DNA of 64,000 nucleotides from Octopus bimaculoides (Eukaryota), in contig NC_068981.1 of the NCBI RefSeq assembly GCF_001194135.2, positions 127,429,507-127,493,506 of the forward strand. Reading direction: 5' to 3'. This document shows, piece by piece, positions 27,811-38,497 of the stretch (its first letter is position 1; each line of letters starts with the position of its first letter). A program made the translations under genes and the position numbers. A model generated the notes under the pieces. That model saw only the letters and a program-made list of their open reading frames with translations. It was not told the DNA's origin and did no database searches.

Positions 27811-27931
27811 ATACTTTTCTTACTTTCCTGGACATACGCTTGCTGCATTATGCAGTTAGATGTTTTTAAAAAAAAGAAAGAAAGAAACTACCGTTGCATA
27901 TTTTAATAAACATTTAAAATCTCCCGCGCGA

Positions 27932-27979
27932 GCTTCCGTAGCAAAGATATCGTTTCCTAGCAACTAGTTGCCATAACAC
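27932..27979. promoter_or_regulatory. RFX X-box-like cluster in a CpG-rich promoter-like region
   Basis: GTTTCCTAGCAAC (27952-27964), GTTGCCATAACAC (27967-27979) and weaker GCTTCCGTAGCAAA (27932-27945). A downstream GTT|GTAAGT donor at 28180 fits a non-coding first exon of the DUF1330-like gene. Confidence 0.55.
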
Positions 27980-28640
27980 CCAAACCGAACGCTGACGACG
28001 GAATTAAAATCGATAATTTGAGTGAAAACAAACAAAAATATAGTTAATATAAACAAATATCGAAATATTTTAGTTGGAATTTATTGAAAAATATACTTGC
28101 ATTTTAATAGCAGTTGTTGTTGTAGAAAAAGAAGAAGAAGAAGAGAAGAAGTGGTAAAAAAAATCAGATTGTTATTGTTGTAAGTGGTGTTGTTTAGTCT
28201 CATGTCAGTATGGGTAAAGGTCTCCCAATATATCTGTTTAGATATGGTTGGATGTAATTTGTAGATTTGGCAGCTATTTCCTAGCAGGTCGAGGGATCAC
28301 ATAGAGGATTCCGTTATAATCTCTGAACTGTGAATGTGTAATTCTGCTTTGTTGTTGCCCGGCGTGTTGCTGTTCTGTTATTGATGATGAGGAAGTCACT
28401 GATAATAATGATGATACTATTAGTGGTGGTGGTGGTGGTGGTAGCGGAAGTAATTGTAGTAGTAGTAGTAGTAGTAGAGCGAGAGATAATGATGGTAGAA
28501 ATGTTATAATTGCAGATGTCTTAGTTCTCAGTCATCCCTGATCAGGAGGAACTAGAATTAAAATCGCCCGTCTTTATTTTATTGTATTATTTATATTTTT
28601 TGTTTTGGACATAATGCACAACGGACTAGATTATCTTATG

Positions 28641-28762
28641 GGTAAATTTTCAGATTAACACCCGCACGATTAACCCTAACACTAACCCTAAAACTCTAAC
28701 CCTAATCCTAAAACCCTAACACCCTATTGAAAATCGTCCGGTCGTTAATCTGAAAATTTACC
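28641..28762. mobile_element. 122-bp MITE (Merlin-like termini) with internal telomere-like repeats
   Basis: TIR GGTAAATTTTCAGATTAAC / GTTAATCTGAAAATTTACC. Perfect 8-bp TSD ATCTTATG (28633-28640, 28763-28770). Degenerate (TAACCC)n interior. A related left end sits at 22110. Confidence 0.85.
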
Positions 28763-29199
28763 ATCTTATGTATCCTTCGCTTTTAAAGAACGTAGAATGT
28801 GATTTAACACTAATCCGCTGGATAATTCTCTCTGTTTACGAATATTTATGAACTTCGGTCCAACTTGGACATCACTCATTACCTGTCCCTTACTTACCTC
28901 TCTCACCTGAATACCATCAACAAGGGCTTGTGATCAAAGTTCCCATCGTCACTCCTCTATGTTTGTCTGACGCCTCCATTGTTCACTGGACTTTTCTGAC
29001 TAGCAACAACTGTTTGATTCTCCCTCTGCACTTATCAGATTGTCTAACAACTTCCTTGTTACTCTCCACTATACACAAATGAATGGCAAGTGCAAAAACA
29101 ACTCTAGCCATTTTACATGAACAAGGCTACAAACCTTGATACTGTCCCTCCAGTGGCCTGAAATAATGCACATCAGAGCTTTCTTTTAGCTGCTTTGCA

Positions 29200-29853
29200 T
29201 GAATAACTTGCTTCATGATAGTCTATTTGCAGAGACCAGTGGTAGTCAGCCATCATGTTTATGTTCCACCTGCCTTGATACCTAGTTTCCATGGTCTCAA
29301 TGTCTTGGTGGAATCTTTCTCACTTATGGCCCTATGATTTTTAGCGAAGTAGTGTGCATTACTGTGCAGGAAATGCACTTTTAGACTCATGTTGCAGTCC
29401 TGTGCTCAAAAATTGATTAGGAGGGTCTGCACAAGTTTTTCATAATTTGATGACCTCCTGTTTCTAAGGAAATCAGATACAACTGCAGTGAAAGCATTCC
29501 ATGTTTCTTTTTCAGTGCCATACATGGTCTCCAAAAACTGTTTGTCCTGCAATAGCCACCTAATCTGCAGCCCTTCAAACACACCAGCCTTAGTTTTCTC
29601 ACAAGACAAAACTGGAAACTTTCTGCTTAAGTATTTGAAGCAGTCACTGTCTCAGTGTTTCAGCACATTCTAAAAATTATATGGGGTGCCCAAGCTTTGT
29701 CTTGATGACCCAGTCTCATGCCAAAGTAAGTGAAATAAGCTTTCTTCACAAAATCTGCGATTTTGTTTTGCTGTCTAGATAAGTGTAACATCCACAAATA
29801 TAGCAGAGGACATCAGGGCTGTTTTAGCATTTTCTTCTCACACAACTGGCCAT
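29200..29853 (-). mobile_element. Chapaev3-like (CMC superfamily) transposase remnant with internal deletion
   Basis: Minus strand gives MASCVRRKC*NSPDVLCYICGCYT, GMRLGHQDKAWAPHI, KAGVFEGLQIR, ETWNAF..VV.DFL.N, CNMSLKVHFLHS and MMADYHWSL. Confidence 0.75.
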
Positions 29854-32122
29854 ATTTCTGGTATACAAAACGTATTCAAACCACCTGTCACCTGTCAACA
29901 GTTATAAAGTAAGCAAATGCAGGTTTGTGATGGCAAAGTTCCACAAAGAGCATGCATACTATGAAGTATGTTTTACAGTTCTTTGATGATGCTTGACAAA
30001 AAGTGATCTTGACTCATGTGATTTTGTAATTAAAACACTAAAGGCACATTCAAAAAACCATTTTGTGTAAGAAATGGTTAAAGGTTCAACTAAACATTTC
30101 TCACCTGGTTTGCAATGATAATCAGACTAAATCAAGTACAGCCTGGGCATATCTAGAGACAAATTCCACAAATATGAAATATGTATGATGTCAAAGACCA
30201 CAAAAAATGTGTTGTTTGTTAACATCTAATTTTATAAAGGACATTTCTGTCATCATCATGATATTTAAAACTGGTTAGGTTGAAAATAGTGAAAGTTGCT
30301 CAAGTTTGATACTTTTCATTTACCGAAGATACTTAAATCATGACTTTTGTTTTCACTTTTGTAGTTGCACTTACTTTAAATGATATTTAAAAACTGTTTT
30401 CAAAGTTGTCAAGCTCCATACATAGACAATACCAGAAATGTCACAAAATGGACATTTGAGTTTGTGTAAGATTTTGACATGATAAAGTAAAATCGATTTT
30501 ATTTTTGAAAACAGTACCCCCAAATTACTAGGGAAGTATGTCTCCAACACCAAAAACCATGTTTCCCAGTGAATCTTTGGTTATATCTGCTGTACTCTCC
30601 ATCCTGTACATTAATGATAATTTTACTGTCACCTTTAATGATGTTCACTCCTATACAGACGATATTCTTCACACTTCCCTAACTTTTTGCACACATATAT
30701 CATTTACATGCAATCATAACACCCCTCATCAAACCTGCATGCACTACCTCCATAAACAGAGACCTCCAAAACCTTCTCCAATAGAGACATAATCTTTTCT
30801 TCACTAAAACAAATATACAATTACTGTAGATATCATATTCATAACAGAAAAATTTACGTCCCAAGGATTAATCTTCTGCTTTGGATGCAGAAACTATTTC
30901 AACTTTTAAACAGTTGTTGACTCTACAAATCTTACAGTGAAACCCACAGTGAAATGTTGCCCCTACATTCCAGATGGTACTGCTGCTGCCACAACATACA
31001 AACACCCATGACTGTATTCAAAAGAAAACCCTTTGGCTAATTTGGCATAGATTCACTCACCAATACATTTTGAACTTTAGTCCACAGATATCCTATATCT
31101 TCATTCTGACTTTTCTACAGCTATTACAATGATCTCTAATTATCAAAGCTAGTTAGTAGTATACCATCCCCACCTATCTGTCATCTTCTCAGTATGCCAA
31201 CCATCTAGAACAGTCATGGGCAACCTGCAACTTGCAAGAGTTTCTGAATGGTATGTCTAATGAAAAATTATCTTGAATTTTTTTAGCTGTATGATGAGAA
31301 GCCATATTTCATGTGAACCACTTCTTGAAAAAGTTGCCAATGCCTGTTCTAGAATTTCCTTCTCACCTATGTTTTCTTGCAGTCATCAACTATTTCTATC
31401 TCCCCAGTCAGAAGGTGGGGCTTAAACAAAAAATAAGGTCAAGCAACTACTTAGATGTTTCCTTGTTGGCTTGTGTCTATTGCAATTGTTGGTGTTAAGG
31501 AACTGATATTGATAATGAAAAGGATGTTAATAATATTGTTGCTGCTGTGGTTTTGCATTTGTTATCATTGTTGAGGATGACTGACAATGATGAAGGGAAT
31601 GATAGAAGCAATAATGACAAGGATGAGAATGTTATTGTGTTTGTTGCAAATATTTTAATTTCTTAATTTTACAGGCTTATGTGGGTCTGACAATATTATC
31701 CTCATCTAGCACTAACCTTTTGAAAGCACCTTGGCCAAAATATTTAACTATATGTTTAGTAGAGTTATAGGCCTGAAATTGCCTTTCTCAAGATTCTGGC
31801 TCACAACTGTTTTTTTCCCCAGTCTGCTGCCAGTTCCAATAGACATCTGCCAAGAGAGGAGTGAACTGGATTTTAAAATGCTATGTTTTATTGATGGAAT
31901 GTAATGTGAAAATATCAAATGCATGTAGTAAACCTTTTAATTTGCATTTGTAAGTGTATTTGTATGACTGAATGGAAAATATGATCTGGCTGTGAAGTTG
32001 ATGAAACACCTTTTTATTTGGTGTATTTTCTTACAAGTGCAGGAAGTGGAGAAGTATTAATTTGTATGAAAACTTACATCTTCCAGATGATCCAGCCCTG
32101 AACTGAAAGCCTATATCCAGTT

Positions 32123-32143
32123 ATGAATACGAAAAACATAGCA
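32123..32143 (+). CDS. Tandem DUF1330-like gene, putative first coding exon (MNTKNIA)
   Basis: ATG at 32123, strong GCA|GTAAGT donor at 32144, phase 0 matching the next exon. The start assignment is tentative. Confidence 0.5.
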
Positions 32144-32319
32144 GTAAGTTACATGCAACAATCATTCTATAACACAAAATGTTGGTGTCTTGCTAAGTCT
32201 CGTAATGATGCATACAATATCATTACTGCCATCCTTGTTATCATGATGGTAACATACTTACACACATAAAATATACACATACAAACATATATAAATAATT
32301 TATCCCAACTTAAAACATG

Positions 32320-33140
32320 GATGTCCTGTTAGAACAAACTATACTGTAGCAAATACCATGAGAGAAACTCTCATATTGGTCTTTAGTGCAAAATGCATTC
32401 TTGTTTAAGCATTCTGTACCAAAAGCCAATACGAGAATTGGCTACACACATAACAATAGACAGGCCGAGCCTCAACAAAAATCACAAATGGAATAATAAC
32501 ACCCACCACCACACCATGCAACATGACAACTAAAGACAGAAGGGAGAAACAAAAATAAATAGATACAATCAGTGTAATACACAATGGACAAATATGCATA
32601 TTCATCTGATAAATGTAAGAAATAGAGATAAATAGGTAAACACAAACAAAAAAAACTGTATGAAGGGCACAGATACAAACAACATAGTAAGTGAACCCAT
32701 ACACACACACAAACACACATACAATAACTTCACAAATGGCTGCAACAACATCAACAACGTGACCAATGACAACAGCAACAACAACAACTACCATGATGGT
32801 AGCAGCATGGGCAACAACACAGAGAGATATAGGAACAGTACCAAAAGTCAGGGTGAAGATCAGCAAGAGTGGCAATGGGAGGGGAGGGTCATAGAGATGC
32901 TTTAAACTCTGTGCTATTAATCGAGCCTCTATGTTCTGCCCAAGCATGCTGGTAGAGCACTGATGAGTTTTTCCCTTCTTTGAGCTCTCGCCGATGTTCG
33001 CCTATACGCTCTCCTATGATGTGTGCAGTCTCTCCAATGTAGGTAGTTGTCATGTTTCTGCACCATCCTTCAGTACATTGTAAGCTATACACTACATTCC
33101 TAACCTTACAGTTAACAGTTAACCTGTGGATTCATCTATT
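32320..33140 (-). mobile_element. Penelope-like element fragment (GIY-YIG endonuclease plus 3' region)
   Basis: Minus strand NCKVRNVVYSLQCTEGWC..TTTYIGETAHIIGERIGEHRRELK..SSVLYQHAWAEH. The adjacent 32470-32600 block recurs at 34690-34870. Confidence 0.75.
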
Positions 33141-33186
33141 GACACATAGAACTGACATGACACTTAGACAGATCACAGAAGCTACA

Positions 33187-34672
33187 CCATCATCATCATC
33201 ATCGTTTAACGTCCGCTTTCCATGCTAGCACGGGTTGGACGATTTGACTGAGGACTGGTGAAACCGGATGGCAACACCAGGCTCCAGTCTGATTTGGCAG
33301 AGTTTCTACAGCTGGATGCCCTTCCTAACGCCAACCACTCAGAGAGTGTAGTGGGTGCTTTTACGTGTCACCCGCACGAAAACGGCCACGCTCGAAATGG
33401 TGTCTTTTATGTGCCACGCGCACAAGAGCCNNNNNNNNNNNNNNNNNNNNNNNNNNNNNNNNNNNNNNNNNNNNNNNNNNNNNNNNNNNNNNNNNNNNNN
33501 NNNNNNNNNNNNNNNNNNNNNNNNNNNNNNNNNNNNNNNNNNNNNNNNNNNNNNNNNNNNNNNNNNNNNNNNNNNNNNNNNNNNNNNNNNNNNNNNNNNN
33601 NNNNNNNNNNNNNNNNNNNNNNNNNNNNNNNNNNNNNNNNNNNNNNNNNNNNNNNNNNNNNNNNNNNNNNNNNNNNNNNNNNNNNNNNNNNNNNNNNNNN
33701 NNNNNNNNNNNNNNNNNNNNNNNNNNNNNNNNNNNNNNNNNNNNNNNNNNNNNNNNNNNNNNNNNNNNNNNNNNNNNNNNNNNNNNNNNNNNNNNNNNNN
33801 NNNNNNNNNNNNNNNNNNNNNNNNNNNNNNNNNNNNNNNNNNNNNNNNNNNNNNNNNNNNNNNNNNNNNNNNNNNNNNNNNNNNNNNNNNNNNNNNNNNN
33901 NNNNNNNNNNNNNNNNNNNNNNNNNNNNNNNNNNNNNNNNNNNNNNNNNNNNNNNNNNNNNNNNNNNNNNNNNNNNNNNNNNNNNNNNNNNNNNNNNNNN
34001 NNNNNNNNNNNNNNNNNNNNNNNNNNNNNNNNNNNNNNNNNNNNNNNNNNNNNNNNNNNNNNNNNNNNNNNNNNNNNNNNNNNNNNNNNNNNNNNNNNNN
34101 NNNNNNNNNNNNNNNNNNNNNNNNNNNNNNNNNNNNNNNNNNNNNNNNNNNNNNNNNNNNNNNNNNNNNNNNNNNNNNNNNNNNNNNNNNNNNNNNNNNN
34201 NNNNNNNNNNNNNNNNNNNNNNNNNNNNNNNNNNNNNNNNNNNNNNNNNNNNNNNNNNNNNNNNNNNNNNNNNNNNNNNNNNNNNNNNNNNNNNNNNNNN
34301 NNNNNNNNNNNNNNNNNNNNNNNNNNNNNNNNNNNNNNNNNNNNNNNNNATTCTAGACCTTGCTTCCACACCTGAAACTTCTCCTCTAGTTCTGATAGTG
34401 ACTCCGCAATTAGGGCAAGGTCATCAGCATAGAGGAGCTCCCAGGGGCAACCTGTCTTGAACTCCTCTGTGATTGCCTGGAGGACTATGGTAAATAATAG
34501 GGGGCTGAGGACGGAACCTTGGTGGACCCCTACCTCTACCCGGAATTCATTGCTGTACTCATTTCCAGCCCTCACCTTACTGGCAGCATCTCTGTACATG
34601 GCTCGCACAGCTCTCACTAACCATTCTTCTATCCCAAGTTTCCTCATTGACCACCAGATAAGGGATCGGGGG
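33187..34672 (-). mobile_element. 5'-truncated RTE LINE spanning a gap
   Basis: (GAT)n tail and 3' UTR, gap 33431-34349, then RT peptide VGVHQGSVLSPLLF..CPWELLYADDLALIAES. Confidence 0.9.
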
Positions 34673-35789
34673 ACAACAGTAGATAAATGAAGCATCAATA
34701 GAAAACATGAATGGAACAGCAACACCCACCACCACACGCCACCACAAGACTAAAGACAGTAGAGATGAGAAGAGAGAGGAGAAAAAAAATTGTAAATGAT
34801 ACACAGAAACATACAGGGTAATACACACACAATAGAAATATATGCACTTACCTGTGATACTTATGAGAAATAGAGATAGATGTATAAAAAAAAGTAAATA
34901 TATAAATATATCTGTCATATACCTTTGATAAATATAAGAGATAGAAATAGATAAAATAAACTATATATGTGATGCGTATGGATGAGGACAGTGGTATAAG
35001 AAAAGTGCTAATCACTTAAAGTGGATGGAAGTTGTGGAAGAGGGAAACCCAGGATGACATGAGATGAAGTATTGAAGGCCAATATGAAAAGGCTAAGCCT
35101 TACAAAGGAGATGACAATGGATATTTGGCACTTTGCTGTATTCAAGAAAACCCACCTGTCATAGCAGTATTAATATCTCAAAACTACCTTGGTAATGCTT
35201 ACCTCCATCCTCGCTGCCCTGTCAACCTTCTATCCCCTGTCACATTTCATCCCCCAAAACCCATCACTTCTATCATCTAAGAGCAGAATAAACACATACT
35301 ACACTCTGTGGCTTACTCAGTTACCTTTACCCTCCAGCAGTTACTTTTCTTTCCCTGCCTACTGTCTCCACCAATCACCTTCTTTCTGTGCCTTCTCTCC
35401 CCTCTCTTGTGCTGCTCTCCATCATCAACTCCTCACTTGCCTGCTATCTCAATGCCCTCACATATCTGCTGCAACTCCCACCCTTGAGCCTCTCCTATAT
35501 TTCTCTCCATCATTTGCTACAGTCAGCTCATCCTACCCACTTACTCAGCCACAACCTCTACATCACTTCACCAATTCTCACCACCCCCAATGTCCCTGAA
35601 GAGCATGTCCCAACATCCTCTCTCTCCCACTGCCATTCTCTTTATCTTATTCTTCAACTCACTTTTCTTTGTTTTCTAACTGAGGTATATGTGTATCTAT
35701 TCTACAGTGACACTTATATCTGTCCTCTCAATACCTTAAATCTTTCAACTGGCACACAGCCACACACTCCTATCTACTCCCACTTCCAG

Positions 35790-36290
35790 TTGAGGAGCTT
35801 TTGTCTTGCAAAGTACTTGGTGGCCCTCTTGAAGCTGGTAACACGTAAAAAGCACTGGTGCTGGTTCCATACAAAAAGCACTGGTGCTGGTTCCACATAA
35901 AACACACTGGTGTTGGTGTCACATGAAAAGCATTGGTGATGGTGCCATGTATAAAGTGTTGGTGCTAGTACCATGTAAAAAGGCACTTGTGCTGGTGCCA
36001 CATAAAAAGCACTGGTGCTGGAGCTCCATGAAAAGCATTGGTGATGGCACATTGTGAAAAGCACTGGTGCTTCATAAAAACCACTGGTGCTGGTTCTACA
36101 TAAAAATCACCCAGTACACACTGTAAAGTGGTTTGCATTAGGAAGGGCATCCAGCTTTAGAAACCATGCCAAAACAGACAATGGAATATGGTGTAGTTCC
36201 TAGCTTGCCACTTCCTGTCAAATTGTCCAACTCATAGCAGAATGGAAAATGGATGTTAAATGATGCCATCGCTGTTAACAATGCCAATGA
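35790..36290 (+). mobile_element. RTE-related 3' fragment with an array of about 26-bp units
   Basis: About 10 units of aaaagcactggtgctggttccacat (35846-36105), then the ggaagggcatccagct block and a degenerate (GAT)n tail. Confidence 0.7.
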
Positions 36291-36490
36291 TGACAACGAT
36301 ATCTCAGCCATAGTGATGAATCTGCTTACTGACAGACGTATCAACAGTTTGTATTCTGTCATAAATACTGTGTTGTGTCAGTAGCTAATACACCTATTGG
36401 TCCAATCTTCCTAGTAATAGAGACCAACTAATTTTTACTCTCTTTACTATTATATTATTCAATTTTTGCTGTTTGTTTTATTTCTTTCAG

Positions 36491-36556
36491 GTGCAAACGA
36501 AAGATCCTTTGGATCCATGCACACCACTTCTAAGCAGCTGGAAACGGGAAAATATT
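36491..36556 (+). CDS. Tandem DUF1330-like gene, exon
   Basis: tttctttcag acceptor, GTAAGT donor, 66 nt, phase 0-0. Reads VQTKDPLDPCTPLLSSWKRENI. Confidence 0.7.
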
Positions 36557-36808
36557 GTAAGTTGTCGCTTTTGTTTTACTTTTAATTTAATACTAAAACA
36601 TCTGAGGTTCTATATTATTCTTCAGTTATAAAATGTCTGAGGTGCTATATTGTTCTCTCATCCTTAAATCTGCTTTAGTATCACATTTGTTTTGTCATTT
36701 AAGAACCATCTGAAGTGTTCTGTTACCATATTAACTATATCTTTCTGACTGTCAATAATTAGCTATATTTCTTTATACTGATATGTATAATACACACACA
36801 CACACATG

Positions 36809-36875
<67 letters not shown>

Positions 36876-37294
36876 CATATTCTTAACTATGCAGGGAATA
36901 TGAGAACAAACTGTTTTAATTTCCAATTTTTTTCTAATTTCCTAATCCTTGACTTTGAATTTTTAATATTTGATAAGATGGATATACACTTCAAACCAGT
37001 GATATTTTATAAAAGTCACTTAATGTAACAAATATAAAAATACTTATCCACACTGGTATCCTTAAAAAGAAAGATCACATGTTTTAAACCCAAAATTGCA
37101 GATTGACTTGCGTACTTAATGATAGGTTGTCAATGACTGTGATACAACCAAATTTTGAAGTTTTGCTTCTGACCAAACATCTGTGGATACACATATTTAA
37201 TGAGACAAATGAAGCAAAACTGAAAAAAAAAAAAAACTATATCTAATTTCCTGTTAAAAAATATATTCTAGCGACAGAAGCAGTACTAATACTG

Positions 37295-37735
37295 AGAGGT
37301 AATTATCCCCAATTAATCATGAATATTCTGTTAGAACAAACTATACCACGGTAGATACTGTGAGAGGAACTCTCAGACTGGGTTTTGGTTCAAAATGCAC
37401 CCTTGCTTATATTGCTAGTGGGGAGATAAATCTCTGCTATCTCAAGTGCCAAGTCCATCAGATCACTTGATTTCAACCTTCCTTGGTCTTGTCAATGATA
37501 GACACTTGAGTGCTAACGATAGTGGTCAGATGACCACATCCGTCATTGGTTGAAATCAAGTGGGTGATCTCAGCACTAGAAATAGTGGGAATTTATCTCC
37601 CCCCCCCCCTAGCAATATAAGCAAGAGTGCATTTTGCACCAAAAACCAATATGAAAGTTTCTCTTATGGCATCTATCACAGTATAGTTTGTTCTAACAGA
37701 ACATCCATGTTTAGGTGAGGATAGATATTACCTCT
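37295..37735. repeat. About 440-bp fold-back (imperfect palindrome)
   Basis: agaggtaat..ctgttagaacaaactatac..caaaatgcac..gcttatattgctag..ggagataaat is mirrored by atttatctcc..ctagcaatataagc..gtgcattttg..gtatagtttgttctaacag..attacctct. An arm-related sequence occurs at 32325-32405. Confidence 0.85.
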
Positions 37736-37786
37736 AATTTCTTGGTACTCAGAAAGATGTTTATGTTTTTTGTACTTGTTTTGCAG

Positions 37787-37924
37787 TTTCCGGCAGCTAT
37801 AAAAGAAGTTTATGTAATTTTTCGTTATGGATCTGAAAGTAAACAGAGCTTTCGCAATGCCTGGGTTTTACAACAAAAAATCATTCAGAATTATGGTGGA
37901 AAATTTATTGGATTTTCAGATAAC
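37787..37924 (+). CDS. Tandem DUF1330-like gene, exon
   Basis: ttgttttgcag acceptor, GTGAGA donor, 138 nt, phase 0-0. Reads FPAAIKEVYVIFRYGSESKQSFRNAWVLQQKIIQNYGGKFIGFSDN. Confidence 0.85.
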
Positions 37925-38497
37925 GTGAGATACTATTCTTCAGTGCTTTATTGTTTTGTGTAGCTGTGATCAGAATGTACTAGCTTAATTTTGTGGTTGT
38001 TAAGTTATGTAGTGTCTAGTTTGTTCAGTGGTTAAAACATGTGGTAGCTGAAACAGTTGGTAGCTAGATGTATTGTAACTGAGACTTGTGGTAGCTGGTA
38101 CATATTATCTTTTCTATTTTAAGCACAAGGCCTAAAATTTTGAGAAAGATGGGTAATCGATAACATCAAATTACCCCAGAAGTCAACTGGTATTATTTTA
38201 TCAACCCTGAAAAAATGAAAGGTAAAAGTTGACCTTGACAGAATTTGAACCCAGAATGTAAGGATAGATGAAATGCCACTAAGTATTTTGTCCAGCATGT
38301 TAGCTATTTTGCCAGCTCACCACCTTTGGCTTGCACATAAAATAGCTAGCTTGTATTGTTACTGATAAATGTTGCAGCTGAAACATGGCACAGAGAGATG
38401 GGAAACATAGTTTACCTGGAAACTGATGAATCTGGCGATAAGTTTGTACTGTGGTTTGTTAATGTGATGACTAGTTTGTGTGATAGCAAGTCTTTAT

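Noticed and set aside
28670-28730. Telomere or chromosome-fusion scar
   Set aside because: The repeats are short, degenerate and enclosed by TIRs and a TSD, which indicates MITE cargo.
30371-30553. Minus-strand ORF with WD40-like SGIVYVWSL and a GTAAGT donor
   Set aside because: No convincing acceptor and no partner exons found, so it is likely chance.
31675-31910. Additional coding exons for the DUF1330-like gene
   Set aside because: Acceptors exist, but the frames hit stops or lack phase-compatible donors. At most these are 5' UTR exons.
35846-36105. CRISPR-like array
   Set aside because: Adjacent tandem units of about 26 bp with no unique spacers, inside an RTE-related 3' UTR of an animal genome.
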